This document shows positions 1-10,126 of a stretch of DNA of 64,000 nt, in pieces. The notes below the pieces were generated by a model. It was not told where the DNA came from, ran no database searches, and saw only the letters and a list, made by a program, of their open reading frames with translations. The DNA is from Chloroflexota bacterium (GTDB lineage Bacteria > Chloroflexota > Anaerolineae > J102), in the NCBI GenBank assembly GCA_041918515.1, contig JAYRVO010000064.1, positions 23,050 to 87,049 on the forward strand, written 5' to 3'. Positions within the stretch are counted from its first letter, which is position 1; each line of letters starts with the position of its first letter. Made by a program: the position numbers and the translations under genes.

Positions 1-1065
1 GATCCCGAACTCCGGCAGGCTTTGCAGCGATCCGCCGACCGCATCGCCGCCTTTCATCGCCGCCAGCCCAGCCAATCGTGGCTGCACATGGACGAAGGCG
101 AGGGCACACTCGGCCAAATCGTGCGGCCTCTGGCTTCGGTCGGGGTCTACGTTCCGGGCGGGACAGCGCCACTGCCCTCGTCGTTGCTCATGTCCGCCGT
201 CATCGCCCGCGTGGCCGGCGTCGAACGCGTCATCGCCTGCTCGCCCCCCGACCGCATCACCGGCCAGCTTCCCGACATCATCCTCGCCGCCGCCGAGATC
301 GCCGGTGTGGATGAATTGTACGCGCTCGGCGGGGCGCAGGCGATCGGGGCCATGGCATTCGGCACGGAAACGATTGCGGCGGTGGACAAAATCGTGGGGC
401 CGGGCGGCTTGTTCGTCACCCTGGCCAAGCGCCAAGTGTTCGGGACGGTCGGGATCGACGGGCTGCCGGGGCCGACCGAGACGGTCGTCATCGCCGACGC
501 CGACGCCGATCCGCAGCGCGTGGCCGCCGATTTGCTGGCCCAGGCCGAGCACGACGTGCTGGCGACCGCCATCCTCCTCACCCCCAGCCGCGCCCTGGCC
601 GAAGCCGCGCAAATCGCCGTGGCGCAACGGCTGGAATCGCTCAGCCGGGCGGAGATCATCGCCGAATCATTGTCCGCCCGCGGCGGGGCCGTGATCACGC
701 CCGACCTCGCCGCCGCCGTGGACGCGGCCAACGCTTTTGCCCCGGAGCATCTCTGCCTGGCCGTGGCCGAGCCGTGGGCGCTGGTGCCGAAGGTGCGCAA
801 CGCCGGCGGCATTTTCGTCGGTGAATACTCGTTCGAGGTCTTGGGCGACTACATCGCCGGGCCCAGCCACGTCATGCCCACCGAAGGCACGGCCCGCTTC
901 GCCTCGCCACTCAACGTCGAGGATTTCGTCAAGCGCATCAGCCTCATCGCCCTCATGCCCGCCGCCAGCGCCGAACTCAGCCCCATCGCCGCCCGCCTGG
1001 CCGAAGCTGAAGGCCTGGACGCCCACGCCGCCGCCGCGCGGGAGCGATCACTCCTCGGAGGTTGA
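1..1065 (+). CDS. hisD: histidinol dehydrogenase, C-terminal portion (5' end lies outside window)
   Basis: Frame-1 ORF open from position 1. Conserved HisD C-terminal motifs ([39 protein letters not shown]). Confidence 0.9.
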   Translation, partial: DPELRQALQRSADRIAAFHRRQPSQSWLHMDEGEGTLGQIVRPLASVGVYVPGGTAPLPSSLLMSAVIARVAGVERVIACSPPDRITGQLPDIILAAAEIAGVDELYALGGAQAIGAMAFGTETIAAVDKIVGPGGLFVTLAKRQVFGTVGIDGLPGPTETVVIADADADPQRVAADLLAQAEHDVLATAILLTPSRALAEAAQIAVAQRLESLSRAEIIAESLSARGGAVITPDLAAAVDAANAFAPEHLCLAVAEPWALVPKVRNAGGIFVGEYSFEVLGDYIAGPSHVMPTEGTARFASPLNVEDFVKRISLIALMPAASAELSPIAARLAEAEGLDAHAAAARERSLLGG

Positions 1066-1359
1066 AGTCTGCCAGACCGGACGACTTTCCGCCAATACGG
1101 TGGCGATGATCTCGTCGCTCACTCCGTGCTTACGCAGATTCTCGACCAGCACCGGCAGCGTGGGCTGAGCCTCCAGCCGATCGAGATCAGCGCGTAAGCC
1201 CTGACCGATGTAAGCTCGCATCAGCGGCTGGTAGCCAGAGAAACCGAGCAGCGGTGCAATCCGCTTCAGGTCTTCCACCACATCTTCCGGCACGCGCAAG
1301 CTGATCATAGTCATGACCCGGTCTTTGTGAAGTCGCTCCTTCAAGTCACTGGTTTTCAT
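1048..1359 (-). CDS. brnA: BrnA-like ribbon-helix-helix antitoxin
   Basis: About 103 aa starting at [10 protein letters not shown]. CopG/RHH-like ([18 protein letters not shown]). Overlaps brnT stop by 14 nt, a typical TA arrangement. Confidence 0.55.
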   Translation of the reverse strand: MKTSDLKERLHKDRVMTMISLRVPEDVVEDLKRIAPLLGFSGYQPLMRAYIGQGLRADLDRLEAQPTLPVLVENLRKHGVSDEIIATVLAESRPVWQTSTSEE

Positions 1360-1642
1360 AGATCTTTCTCTCGGCGTTCGTCGCCAGTCGCGCAGAAATG
1401 AGTCGGAGCGTGTCGCCACGCAAGGTATACACAACGTACAACAGCTGCCACTGCTCGGTCAGGCCCAGTAATGCCCCGCGTTGCTCGTCGTCAACTATTT
1501 CGTCATCGAGCACCACGAGGAATGGATCGAAAAACGCCTCACACGCTGCACCGAAATCGACGCCGTGTTTCTGTCGGTTGATGTGGGCCTTCTCCACGTG
1601 CCACTCGAAAATGATCCCTCGCACGATGCGTCGCTCATCCAT
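1346..1642 (-). CDS. brnT: BrnT toxin (DUF497 family)
   Basis: 98 aa with IIFEWHVEKAHINRQKHGVDF..FFDP, the BrnT/DUF497 signature. Sits upstream of an RHH partner. Confidence 0.65.
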   Translation of the reverse strand: MDERRIVRGIIFEWHVEKAHINRQKHGVDFGAACEAFFDPFLVVLDDEIVDDEQRGALLGLTEQWQLLYVVYTLRGDTLRLISARLATNAERKIYENQ

Positions 1643-1686
1643 GAGCCTATTCTAATCCAATGTATATACAATGTCAATCCTGTGAC

Positions 1687-2817
1687 ATGACGCCCACCTT
1701 CCAATCTCCAATCAACCAATCTCCAATCTCCCTCCTCCGCCCCGACATCGCCGGCATGGAAGAATACACGCCCGTGCAGCCGTTCGAGGTGCTGAGCGCA
1801 CGGTTGGGGCGCAGGCCCGAAGACATCGTCAAGCTCGACGCCAACGAAAACCCGTATGGCCCGTCCCCGCGCCTGCGTCAGGCGCTGGCCGAATTCCCGT
1901 GGTATCATATTTATCCCGACCCGCAGCAATTTGCCTTGCGCGACGCTCTTTCCCAATACACCGGCATCCCCACCGAATACATTTTACCCGGTCACGGCGC
2001 CGACGAGCTGCTTGACTATCTCTGCCGCCTCTTCCTCACTCCGGGCGACGCCATCATCAACTGCCCGCCTACCTTCGGCATGTACAGCTTCGACGCCAAG
2101 CTCAGCGGCGGGCGCGTGATTGATGTCTGGCGGCGTGACGATTCCAGCCTCGATGTCGAAGGCATCGAGCGGGCGGTGGCAGGCGAGCCGCGGGCGAAAC
2201 TGCTCTTCCTCACCTCACCGAACAACCCCGACGGCAGCCTGATCCCGCACGATGTGCTGCGCCGCCTGCTGCGCCTGCCCCTCGTCGTGGTCGTCGACGA
2301 AGCCTACATCGAGTTTGCGCCCGCTGATCAGTCCGTGGCCGCCTGGGTTCCCGACGCGCCGAATCTGGTCGTGCTGCGCACCTTCAGCAAATGGGCGGGC
2401 CTCGCCGGGCTGCGACTGGGCTATGGCATCTTCCCGGCGGAGATCATCGCACATCTGTGGAAGTTCAAACAGCCATACAATGTCAACGTCGCCGCCACCG
2501 TGGCCGGATTGATCAGCCTCGATGATTTGCCCTATTTGCGCACCCGCATCGATGCCCTCAAGACCGAACGCGACCGCCTCATTGCCGAACTCGCACACTT
2601 CCCCTTCCTCCGCCCTTTGCCCAGCCAGGCCAACTTCGTGCTCTGCCGCGTCGAGGGCCGCTCGGCGGTCGAGCTACACCGCCGCCTGGCCGAGCAAGGC
2701 ATCCTCGTCCGCTACTACGACAAGCCCGGTCTGCAGAACTGTATCCGCGTCAGCGCCGGCCGGGCGGAGGATACGGATAGGTTGTTGGCAAACTTGAAGG
2801 TAATCGACCATGTTTGA
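1687..2817 (+). CDS. hisC: histidinol-phosphate aminotransferase
   Basis: [27 protein letters not shown] and PLP-aminotransferase class II layout. N-terminus carries in-frame ccaatct repeats ([10 protein letters not shown]). Confidence 0.9.
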   Translation: MTPTFQSPINQSPISLLRPDIAGMEEYTPVQPFEVLSARLGRRPEDIVKLDANENPYGPSPRLRQALAEFPWYHIYPDPQQFALRDALSQYTGIPTEYILPGHGADELLDYLCRLFLTPGDAIINCPPTFGMYSFDAKLSGGRVIDVWRRDDSSLDVEGIERAVAGEPRAKLLFLTSPNNPDGSLIPHDVLRRLLRLPLVVVVDEAYIEFAPADQSVAAWVPDAPNLVVLRTFSKWAGLAGLRLGYGIFPAEIIAHLWKFKQPYNVNVAATVAGLISLDDLPYLRTRIDALKTERDRLIAELAHFPFLRPLPSQANFVLCRVEGRSAVELHRRLAEQGILVRYYDKPGLQNCIRVSAGRAEDTDRLLANLKVIDHV

Positions 2818-3163
2818 ACATAGCAGCCAACCCATGCTCTCGCGCCGGGATTTTGTCAAGCGCCAGCTGCTATTCGCTGCGCTGGCAATTACCGTGCTCC
2901 TGCTGTCACTCGCGATCGGCATTGTAGGCTATCACATAACCGAAGGGCTGAACTGGACGGACTCACTGCTCAATGCCTCGATGATCCTCGGCGGCATGGG
3001 GCCGGTGAATGACCTCAAAACTGAGGTTGGCAAGATCTTCGCCTCGTTCTATGCCTTGTTTTCGGGCATCGTCTTCTTGTTGGTGATGGGCATTTTCCTG
3101 GCCCCCGCCCTCCATCGCCTGCTCCACCGTTTGCACTTCCCGATCGATGAGGAATCGTCGTGA
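2810..3163 (+). CDS. small integral membrane protein, hypothetical
   Basis: 117 aa with two strongly hydrophobic segments. Start overlaps the hisC stop. No recognisable catalytic motif. Confidence 0.45.
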   Translation: MFEHSSQPMLSRRDFVKRQLLFAALAITVLLLSLAIGIVGYHITEGLNWTDSLLNASMILGGMGPVNDLKTEVGKIFASFYALFSGIVFLLVMGIFLAPALHRLLHRLHFPIDEESS

Positions 3164-3209
3164 TCTCATTTCCCGTCATCCTCACCCGCGCACTTGGTGG
3201 AGAACTTTG

Positions 3210-3446
3210 ATGCCAACAGTTCTTCAGGACGGACCCTATACCTTTCTGTTCTTCAGTTCTGACGCCGGTGAACCCCCGCATATTCATGTCAAGCGCGATC
3301 GGCAGATCGCCAAGTTTTGGCTCACTCCGGTTTTCCTTGCCAAGAATCGAGGTTTTCGGGAACACGAATTGAACGACATACTTCGCCTTGTCGTCAAGCA
3401 CCAATCCTTTTTATTGGAGGCATGGCATGATTACTTTAGTGCTTGA
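3210..3446 (+). CDS. DUF4160 family protein
   Basis: MPTVLQDGPYTFLFFSSDAGEPPHIHVKRD..AKFWLTPV..LLEAWHDYF matches the DUF4160 pattern. Confidence 0.6.
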   Translation: MPTVLQDGPYTFLFFSSDAGEPPHIHVKRDRQIAKFWLTPVFLAKNRGFREHELNDILRLVVKHQSFLLEAWHDYFSA

Positions 3447-3732
3447 AGCTGAACCGACGGCGCTTAATGTCATTGTCAGCAATGATAAACTGATCGTTGA
3501 TCTCGCGGATGGCCGTACATTGGCAATTCCGCTTGAATGGTACCCGCGATTGCACTATGCCACCACCCAAGAGCGCCACAATTGGCAGTTTTTGGGCGAT
3601 GGCTATGCCATCGAATGGCCTGATCTGGATGAGCATATTGGCATCGAAGGATTATTGGCCGGGCGTCATAGTGGCGAAAGTGAACAATCCTTGCAGCGTT
3701 GGCTGCAATCTCGTCCTATGAGCCGAAATTGA
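3427..3732 (+). CDS. DUF2442 family protein
   Basis: Usual partner of DUF4160, with ATGA overlap. About 100 aa from MITLVLEAEP. Confidence 0.55.
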   Translation: MITLVLEAEPTALNVIVSNDKLIVDLADGRTLAIPLEWYPRLHYATTQERHNWQFLGDGYAIEWPDLDEHIGIEGLLAGRHSGESEQSLQRWLQSRPMSRN

Positions 3733-3734
3733 TC

Positions 3735-3795
3735 ATGCCTACCCTCACCCGCGCCACCACCGAAACCCAACTCGCCCTCTCGCTCGATCCATGCA
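3735..3795 (+). pseudogene. remnant duplicate of hisB 5' end
   Basis: ATG CCT ACC CTC ACC CGC GCC ACC ACC GAA.. encodes MPTLTRATTETQLALSLD, versus genuine his[20 protein letters not shown] at 4148. Followed by a stop and the MNT cassette. Confidence 0.45.
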
Positions 3796-3822
3796 TCTTC
3801 CTCAATAATTGCGAGGTGAATC

Positions 3823-4113
3823 ATGACAACTTTTGAAGTACTACACAACAGACGCGATGAAATTCTCCAACTCGCTGCCAAACATGGCGCCGCAGATGTG
3901 CGTGTTTTCGGCTCGGTTGCACGCCATGAGGACTCGCCGGAAAGCGATATCGATTTCGTGGTGCGTACACAAGCTGAGACAAGCCGGTGGTTCCCTGCTG
4001 GCCTGATTGTCGAACTCGAAAACTTGCTTGGCCGGCGGGTCGAAGTAGTGATTGAACGGGCGATTAGTCCTTACATTCGTGACCGCATTCTCTCTGAATC
4101 ACTTCCTCTATGA
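3823..4113 (+). CDS. nucleotidyltransferase (MNT-type, Pol-beta superfamily), orphan antitoxin-like
   Basis: VFGSVARHEDSPESDIDFVV is the GS..(D/E)h(D/E)h NTase motif. No adjacent HEPN partner. Confidence 0.7.
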   Translation: MTTFEVLHNRRDEILQLAAKHGAADVRVFGSVARHEDSPESDIDFVVRTQAETSRWFPAGLIVELENLLGRRVEVVIERAISPYIRDRILSESLPL

Positions 4114-4147
4114 AAGATGATACTGGCGCGGCAGGAGATAAAACCTG

Positions 4148-4735
4148 ATGCCAATCACCCTCACTCGCACCACCCGTGAAACCGATATCACGCTCTCGCT
4201 CGACCTGCACGGCAGCGGCCGGGCGCAGATCAACACAGGCATCGGCTTCTTCGACCACATGCTCACGCTCTTTGCCAGCCACGGCCTCTTCGACCTGACG
4301 GTGGAGGCGAAGGGCGACCTGCACGTGGACGAGCATCACACGGTCGAGGATGTCGGCATCTGCCTGGGCAAGGCCATCAGCCAGGGCCTGGGCGACCGGG
4401 CGGGTATCGTCCGCACAGCCCACAGCTATGTGCCGATGGATGAGGCACTCGGCTTTGTGGCGGTGGATTTGTCTGGCCGCCCGTATTGCGTGTTCGAGGC
4501 CGCCTGGCACACGCCGCGCATTGGTGGCCTGGGCACAGATTTGATCCACCACTTTTTCGAATCGGTGGCCATCCACGCCGCCATGAACCTGCACGCCCGC
4601 GTCCTCTATGGCCGCAACGACCATCATCAATGCGAAGCCCTTTATAAAGCCTTCGCCCGCGCCCTCGACGCCGCCACCCGCCAGGACCCCCGCCGCGTCG
4701 GCGTTCCTTCCACCAAAGGCACGCTGATTGCGTAA
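4148..4735 (+). CDS. hisB: imidazoleglycerol-phosphate dehydratase
   Basis: 195 aa. HisB motifs ([43 protein letters not shown]). Confidence 0.9.
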   Translation: MPITLTRTTRETDITLSLDLHGSGRAQINTGIGFFDHMLTLFASHGLFDLTVEAKGDLHVDEHHTVEDVGICLGKAISQGLGDRAGIVRTAHSYVPMDEALGFVAVDLSGRPYCVFEAAWHTPRIGGLGTDLIHHFFESVAIHAAMNLHARVLYGRNDHHQCEALYKAFARALDAATRQDPRRVGVPSTKGTLIA

Positions 4736-4736
4736 A

Positions 4737-4815
4737 CTGGTTATTGGTAATTGGTTATTGGCGATTGACCGCCAATAACCAATTACCAATAACCAATAAC
4801 CAATAACCAATAACC
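4737..4815. repeat. CCAATAA-family heptamer hairpin (inverted ggttattgg / ccaataacc arms plus a tandem ccaataa run)
   Basis: Seen directly: ggttattggtaattggttattggcgattgaccgccaataaccaattaccaataaccaataaccaataacc, between hisB and hisH. Confidence 0.85.
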
Positions 4816-4818
4816 ACC

Positions 4819-5445
4819 ATGATCACCATCCTCGACTACAACATCGGCAACGTGCGCAGCGTGCAAAAGGCTGTCGAGCGGGCTGTGGCCGACGCCGGCA
4901 GCAGTCAGGCCGTGACGCTGACGGCCGATCCGCGCGCCATCCTTGACGCCGACGGCGTGATTCTGCCGGGCGTGGGCGCGTTCGGCGCTTGCATGACCAA
5001 CTTGCAGGCCGCTCACCTTTCGTCCATCGTGCGCGAGGTCGTGGTCGAAGGCATTCCCCTGCTGGGCATCTGCGTGGGCATGCAGATGCTGTTCGAGTTC
5101 AGCGAAGAGATGGGGGAATGGCGCGGCTTGGGTTTGCTGCCAGGCCGGGTGCGGCGCTTCGAGGGCGACCTGCGCGTGCCGCAGATCGGCTGGAATCAAC
5201 TTCACCCCACTCGGCCCGATCCTCTGCTCGATGGCATCGCCGATGGCGACTACGCCTACTTCGTGCATTCCTACTACTGCGACGCTTCCAACCCCGCCGA
5301 TGTGCTGGCGACGACCGACTACGGCCTGAGTTACCCTTCCGTCATCCAGCATGGCCGCATCTGGGGCATCCAATGCCACCCGGAAAAAAGCCAGCAGGTA
5401 GGGTTGCGGATTTTGCGAAATTTTGTTCATATTGTTGATCAGTAG
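4819..5445 (+). CDS. hisH: imidazole glycerol phosphate synthase glutamine amidotransferase subunit
   Basis: GICVGMQMLF (catalytic Cys), HSYY and CHPEKS motifs of class I GATase HisH. Confidence 0.9.
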   Translation: MITILDYNIGNVRSVQKAVERAVADAGSSQAVTLTADPRAILDADGVILPGVGAFGACMTNLQAAHLSSIVREVVVEGIPLLGICVGMQMLFEFSEEMGEWRGLGLLPGRVRRFEGDLRVPQIGWNQLHPTRPDPLLDGIADGDYAYFVHSYYCDASNPADVLATTDYGLSYPSVIQHGRIWGIQCHPEKSQQVGLRILRNFVHIVDQ

Positions 5446-5535
5446 ACAAGTAAATAAGGAAACAAGTAGACAAGGAAACAAGTGGATGTGCGCCCTTGTC
5501 TACTTGTCTACTTGTTTCCTTATCTACCCAAATTA
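5446..5535. repeat. inverted-repeat hairpin (gtagacaag...cttgtctac) after hisH
   Basis: tagacaagtaaataaggaaacaagtagacaagg, then its reverse complement ccttgtctacttgtctacttgtttccttat. Likely a terminator or structured element. Confidence 0.6.
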
Positions 5536-5554
5536 CTCAAAAGAGGTTTAAATC

Positions 5555-6121
5555 ATGCTACAAACCCAAACTCTCACATCTTCTCGTTGGACCACCCGCG
5601 CGGCGCTCATCGTTGGCTTCGCCCTGTTCACCGGGCTGGCGGCGCAGGTGCGCATCCCGCTACCGTTCACGCCAGTGCCGGTCACGTTGCAAGTGCTGGC
5701 CGTGATCCTGGCCGGATTGCTGCTTGGCCCGCGCGCTGGCTTCCTCAGCCAGTTGACCTATCTCGGCTTAATCGCGCTCGGCGCGCCGCTGGCCGCGGGC
5801 TGGATCGGCGGCCCGACCGCTTTCGTCGGCCCCACAGCCGGCTACCTCATCAGCTTTCCGGTGGCGGCGGCAGTGGTAGGCTGGCTGGCCGGGGATGGAA
5901 AGGCGCGCGGGCGCAGCTTTTTGGCCGGGCTGGCGGGCGTGGCCGTTATCTACCTGGTGGGCGCGACCTGGCTGGCTTTGGTGCTCGGTCTCTCGCTGCA
6001 ACAGGCATTTCAACTTGGCGTGGCGCCGTTCATCCTGGTCGATGTGGCCAAAGCTCTGATCGCCGTGCTGGTCGGGCGTAGTGGCGCGGCCCTGTTGCAC
6101 AATCTCCAATCGCGAGCGTGA
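5555..6121 (+). CDS. bioY: BioY family biotin transporter (ECF S-component)
   Basis: VPVTLQ..AGLLLGP..GAPLAAGWIGGPTAFVGPTAGYLISFP is the BioY signature. Multi-TM protein. Confidence 0.8.
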   Translation: MLQTQTLTSSRWTTRAALIVGFALFTGLAAQVRIPLPFTPVPVTLQVLAVILAGLLLGPRAGFLSQLTYLGLIALGAPLAAGWIGGPTAFVGPTAGYLISFPVAAAVVGWLAGDGKARGRSFLAGLAGVAVIYLVGATWLALVLGLSLQQAFQLGVAPFILVDVAKALIAVLVGRSGAALLHNLQSRA

Positions 6122-6887
6122 AGACCCATTGAGCGGCGAACTCTCGGTGCTGTTGACCCAAATCGACGCCAAGCGCGGCCTGCTCGACCAACGCCGGCCC
6201 CTGAACGCGGGCGAAGCGGCGCGACTGCGCGAGTACATCGACGTAGAATGGACGTATCACACGAACAGCATCGAGGGTTCGACGCTCACCCGCCAAGAGA
6301 CGATGGTCGTGCTCAAGCATGGCGTCACGGTCGGCGGCAAAACCCTGGTCGAGCACCTGGAAGCGACGAATCACAAGCATGCCATCGACTACGTGATGCA
6401 ATTGGCGACGCGCGGCGCCCCACCCACCGAAGCCGACATCCTCACCTTGCACAGCCTGGTGTTGCGCGGCATCGACGACGAGAATGCGGGCGTTTATCGC
6501 CGCCGGCAGGCTTTCATCGCTGGTTCGGAATACACCCCGCCCCCGCCGCGGGCTGTGCCCGGACGCATGGCCGAATTCGGCCAATGGCTGGAGAGGACGC
6601 ACACAGCCGAACCTCGTCTGCATCCGGTCGAACGAGCCGCCCACGCTCATTTCTGGCTGATGGATATCCATCCCTTCATCGATGGCAATGGCCGCGTGGC
6701 GCGCTTGTTGATGAACCTGCTGCTCTTGCAAAGCGGCTATCCCATCGCCATCATCCGCAGCGAAGACCGCCTGGCCTACTATGCCGCTCTCGATGCCGGC
6801 CACGCCGGCCATCTGGATGACTTCCTACTGCTCGTGGCCGCCGCCGTCGATCGCACAGCCGACCTCCACCTCTCCGCCACCGATTGA
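6081..6887 (+). CDS. Fic family protein (AMPylation/Fido domain)
   Basis: HPFIDGNGRVARLLMNLLL is the canonical Fic motif. The true start is probably an internal TTG/GTG near 6129-6147, because the ATG at 6081 overlaps bioY by 41 nt. Confidence 0.75.
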   Translation: MARPCCTISNREREDPLSGELSVLLTQIDAKRGLLDQRRPLNAGEAARLREYIDVEWTYHTNSIEGSTLTRQETMVVLKHGVTVGGKTLVEHLEATNHKHAIDYVMQLATRGAPPTEADILTLHSLVLRGIDDENAGVYRRRQAFIAGSEYTPPPPRAVPGRMAEFGQWLERTHTAEPRLHPVERAAHAHFWLMDIHPFIDGNGRVARLLMNLLLLQSGYPIAIIRSEDRLAYYAALDAGHAGHLDDFLLLVAAAVDRTADLHLSATD

Positions 6888-6953
6888 CAAAAGACGCTCC
6901 TCGCCTCTCTTTCCTCGTCTCCCCGCCTCCTCGCCTCCCCATCTCCCCCACCC

Positions 6954-7721
6954 ATGATCCTCTTCCCCGCCATCGACCTTCGCCACGGCCGCTGCGTGCG
7001 TTTGCGCCAGGGCGACCCCAATGCCGAGACCGTCTTCGGCGATGACCCGGCGGCCATGGCCCGGCATTGGGCCGAAATGGGCGCCGAATGGCTGCACGTC
7101 GTCAATCTCGACGGCGCTTTTGGCGATGCCGGCCGGTCGAGCGATGACCTGCCAGTGAATTTGCGACGGCTGGTCGAGATTCGCGCCGCGGTGGGGCTTC
7201 CCATCCAGTTCGGTGGCGGCCTGCGGCGGCTGGCGGACATCGAACTGGCGTTGAATTTGGGCGCCACGCGCGTGGTGCTGGGCACGGCCGCCGTGCGCGA
7301 CCCTGGCCTTGTGGTCGAAGCCCTGCGCCAGTTCGGGGCAAGGCAGATCGTGGTCGGGATCGACGCCCGCGACGGCTATGTGGCCACGCACGGCTGGCAA
7401 GAAACGAGCAGCCTGGCGGCCACCACCCTCGCCCGTGTCCTGGCCGAGACCGGACTGCGACGCATCGTCTACACCGATATCAGCCGGGACGGGATGCTGG
7501 CCGGAGTCAATCTGGGCGCCACTGTCGAACTGGCCCAGACGAGCGGGCTGGGCGTGATCGCTTCGGGCGGGGTGAGCGGGCTGGCCGACATCGAGGCGCT
7601 AGTCGCCCATGAAGCCGATGGGATCGAAGGCGCTATCATCGGCCAGGCGCTTTACACCGGCGCTCTGGATCTGGGCGAGGCCCTGGCTGTGGCCAGGCGC
7701 GCGACCGAGGCGACGGCATGA
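6954..7721 (+). CDS. hisA: ProFAR isomerase (1-(5-phosphoribosyl)-5-[(5-phosphoribosylamino)methylideneamino]imidazole-4-carboxamide isomerase)
   Basis: [24 protein letters not shown] and GGGLR motifs of HisA. Confidence 0.9.
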   Translation: MILFPAIDLRHGRCVRLRQGDPNAETVFGDDPAAMARHWAEMGAEWLHVVNLDGAFGDAGRSSDDLPVNLRRLVEIRAAVGLPIQFGGGLRRLADIELALNLGATRVVLGTAAVRDPGLVVEALRQFGARQIVVGIDARDGYVATHGWQETSSLAATTLARVLAETGLRRIVYTDISRDGMLAGVNLGATVELAQTSGLGVIASGGVSGLADIEALVAHEADGIEGAIIGQALYTGALDLGEALAVARRATEATA

Positions 7722-8659
7722 CGCTGGTCATCCGGCAGGCGGAGGAGGCCGATGTCCCTGCCATCTGCGCCGTCATCGACGCCAGCTACGCCGCCCAAGT
7801 GCAGCACCTGTACGGGGATAGCCGTCGCGGGCGCTGGACGCTCTACGACCCGGCCAGAGTGCAAACTTCGATGGAGCGAGAGCCTGCGGGCGTGCGCGTG
7901 GGCCAAAGCCAGGACGAGATCGTGGCCGTGTGCATGAGCCGCAACTACGGCAGCCTGGGTTGGTTCCACACGTTGGGCGTCCATCCCCAGGCCCAATGCC
8001 GGGGATTCGGCCGTGCGATGGTGGCCGACGCCGAAGCCTATCTGTCTGGCCGCGGCGCCCGCACCATCGGCCTGATGACCTGGCCCGACGCCGTTGACAA
8101 CATTGCCTTCTACCAACGATTGGGCTACGACGCCGTTGGGCTTTCTATCTATGCCTATCGGCAGACGCACGACGCCGTGATCAACGGGAAGGCGCCTGTC
8201 CACGCCAGGATGCTGTCTTCGCTGGTCGGCGCTGAATTCGACCTCGCCCTGACCACCGCCGCCAGGTTGTGCGACCAGATTCTACCCGGTCTGAATTATA
8301 CTCCCTGGCTTCGCTGGCTGATCGAACACAAGGCCGGCAATGCCCTGCTCGTTGGACGGGACGAACACCTCGTCGCCCTGGCCCTGGCGCAGCCAAAACA
8401 TGATTGGCTGGAGGGCCGACTGCTGCTCATCTCGCCCGCTGCCACGGCAGACGAAACCGCCTGGACGGTGGAATACATCCGCCGCTGGGCATTGAACCAC
8501 CATTTCGCCAGCTTCAGCTTTCCAGTGGATGTGATGTCGCCCGGCGAAGCTCGCTTCATCCGTGACCTCGATCTGCGGCTGTATAGCGACAGCATGCTCA
8601 ACCTGGCCCGCGGCCCCTGGCCCCCCTCCGGCATCCATTGCCTGCGCTTTAGCGGTTAA
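7718..8659 (+). CDS. GNAT family N-acetyltransferase (two-domain)
   Basis: N-terminal acetyl-CoA-binding pattern ([28 protein letters not shown]) plus a second GNAT-like half. ATGA overlap with the hisA stop. Confidence 0.65.
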   Translation: MTLVIRQAEEADVPAICAVIDASYAAQVQHLYGDSRRGRWTLYDPARVQTSMEREPAGVRVGQSQDEIVAVCMSRNYGSLGWFHTLGVHPQAQCRGFGRAMVADAEAYLSGRGARTIGLMTWPDAVDNIAFYQRLGYDAVGLSIYAYRQTHDAVINGKAPVHARMLSSLVGAEFDLALTTAARLCDQILPGLNYTPWLRWLIEHKAGNALLVGRDEHLVALALAQPKHDWLEGRLLLISPAATADETAWTVEYIRRWALNHHFASFSFPVDVMSPGEARFIRDLDLRLYSDSMLNLARGPWPPSGIHCLRFSG

Positions 8660-8660
8660 G

Positions 8661-8750
8661 GTTGGTTATTAGTTATTGGTTATTAGTTATTGACGTTTTC
8701 TACCAATAACCAATAACCAATAACTAATCTCCAATAACCAATCCCCAATC
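8661..8750. repeat. CCAATAA-family heptamer hairpin between GNAT and hisF
   Basis: ggttggttattagttattggttattagttattgacgttttctaccaataaccaataaccaataactaatctccaataacc. Confidence 0.85.
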
Positions 8751-8754
8751 TCCC

Positions 8755-9531
8755 ATGTTAGCCAAACGCATCATTCCCTGCCTCGATGTCAAAGACGGCC
8801 GCGTCGTCAAAGGCATCAATTTCCTGCAACTGCGCGACGCCGGCGATCCGGTCGAACAAGCACGCATCTACGATGCCGAGGGCGCCGATGAGCTCGTTTT
8901 TCTTGACATAACTGCAACGCATGAGGGCCGCAACATCATGTTGGATGTGGTGCGCGCCGTGGCCGATTCAGTCTTCATCCCCTTCACGGTCGGCGGCGGG
9001 CTACGTACGGTCGAGGACATGCGGGCCATGCTCCAGGCCGGGGCCGACAAAGTGTCGATCAACTCCGCCGCTGTGGCTCAGCCCGATCTCATCAGCGCTG
9101 GCGCCGAGCAATTCGGCAGCCAGTGCATCGTCGTTGCTATCGACGCCCGGCGACGGAGCGAGGGCGGTTGGGAGGTGTACACGCACGGCGGCCGCAAGCC
9201 CACCGGTATCGACGCCATCGCCTGGGCGCAGGAGGCGGTGGGGCGAGGTGCGGGCGAAATCCTCCTCACCAGCATGGATCGCGATGGCACCGCCGCCGGT
9301 TACGACATCGAACTGCTGCGCGAAGTCGCCGACGCTGCGCACGTACCCATCATCGCCAGCGGCGGCGCCGGCCTGCCCGAACACTTTTTCGAGGCGCTGA
9401 CCAATGGTGGAGCCGACGCCGCTCTCGCCGCCACCCTTTTTCATTACAAACAACTGACCGTGCCTGATCTCAAACGCTTTCTGCTCGAACGCGGCCTGCC
9501 CATTCGCCCGGTGGAGGCCCGCCATGCTTGA
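8755..9531 (+). CDS. hisF: imidazole glycerol phosphate synthase cyclase subunit
   Basis: [32 protein letters not shown] and SGGAG motifs. Confidence 0.9.
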   Translation: MLAKRIIPCLDVKDGRVVKGINFLQLRDAGDPVEQARIYDAEGADELVFLDITATHEGRNIMLDVVRAVADSVFIPFTVGGGLRTVEDMRAMLQAGADKVSINSAAVAQPDLISAGAEQFGSQCIVVAIDARRRSEGGWEVYTHGGRKPTGIDAIAWAQEAVGRGAGEILLTSMDRDGTAAGYDIELLREVADAAHVPIIASGGAGLPEHFFEALTNGGADAALAATLFHYKQLTVPDLKRFLLERGLPIRPVEARHA

Positions 9532-9865
9532 TCCCGACCTGGTTCGCTTCGACGACCGCGGCCTCATCCCCGCCATCGTCCAGGACGCCGACACCGGTGC
9601 GGTGCTGATGCTGGCCTATATGAATCGGCTGGCGCTGGAGCGCACCCTCGCCACCGGTCAGACGCACTTCTGGAGCCGCAGCCGCAACGAGCTTTGGCAC
9701 AAGGGCGCCACCAGCGGCAACATCCAGCAGGTGGAGGAGATCGCCCTCGATTGCGACGGCGACGCTCTCTTGCTGCGCGTGCATCCGGCCGGCCCGGCCT
9801 GTCACACGGGCGAGTCAAGCTGCTTTTTTCGGCCTCTCGTCGATGTCGTGAAACGTGAGGCGTGA
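9524..9865 (+). CDS. hisI: phosphoribosyl-AMP cyclohydrolase
   Basis: [31 protein letters not shown] and CHTG motifs. Overlaps the hisF stop. Confidence 0.85.
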   Translation: MLDPDLVRFDDRGLIPAIVQDADTGAVLMLAYMNRLALERTLATGQTHFWSRSRNELWHKGATSGNIQQVEEIALDCDGDALLLRVHPAGPACHTGESSCFFRPLVDVVKREA

Positions 9866-10100
9866 GGCGTGAGGCGTGAGGCTGTAATGGGACATGATTG
9901 TATTTGTTCACTAGCCACCTGACAGTTTCCGAAAATAGGACGCGGACGAGCGCGAAAAACGCGGAAAAAGCGCTTCTTTGCCGTGAATTTGGAGAAAAAT
10001 CCGCGTTCATCCGCGTTTATCCGCGTCCCATTCCCAAAGTGTCAGGTAGCTAGTTTATTCGTGCCATTCGTATATTCGTGTTATTCGTGATGAAAAAAGT
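9848..10100. repeat. composite repeat region: (tgaggcg)x4, a ~140-bp element with imperfect terminal inverted repeats (ctagccacctgacagtttcc / ggaaactgtcaggtagctag-like) and internal GGACGCGGA/TCCGCGTCC palindromes, then a tattcgtg-type heptamer run
   Basis: Seen in sequence at 9848-9890, 9922-10058 and 10060-10098. AT-richer than the surrounding DNA. Confidence 0.6.
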
Positions 10101-10126
10101 GTAAAATGCGCCATATGGAGCCAACC

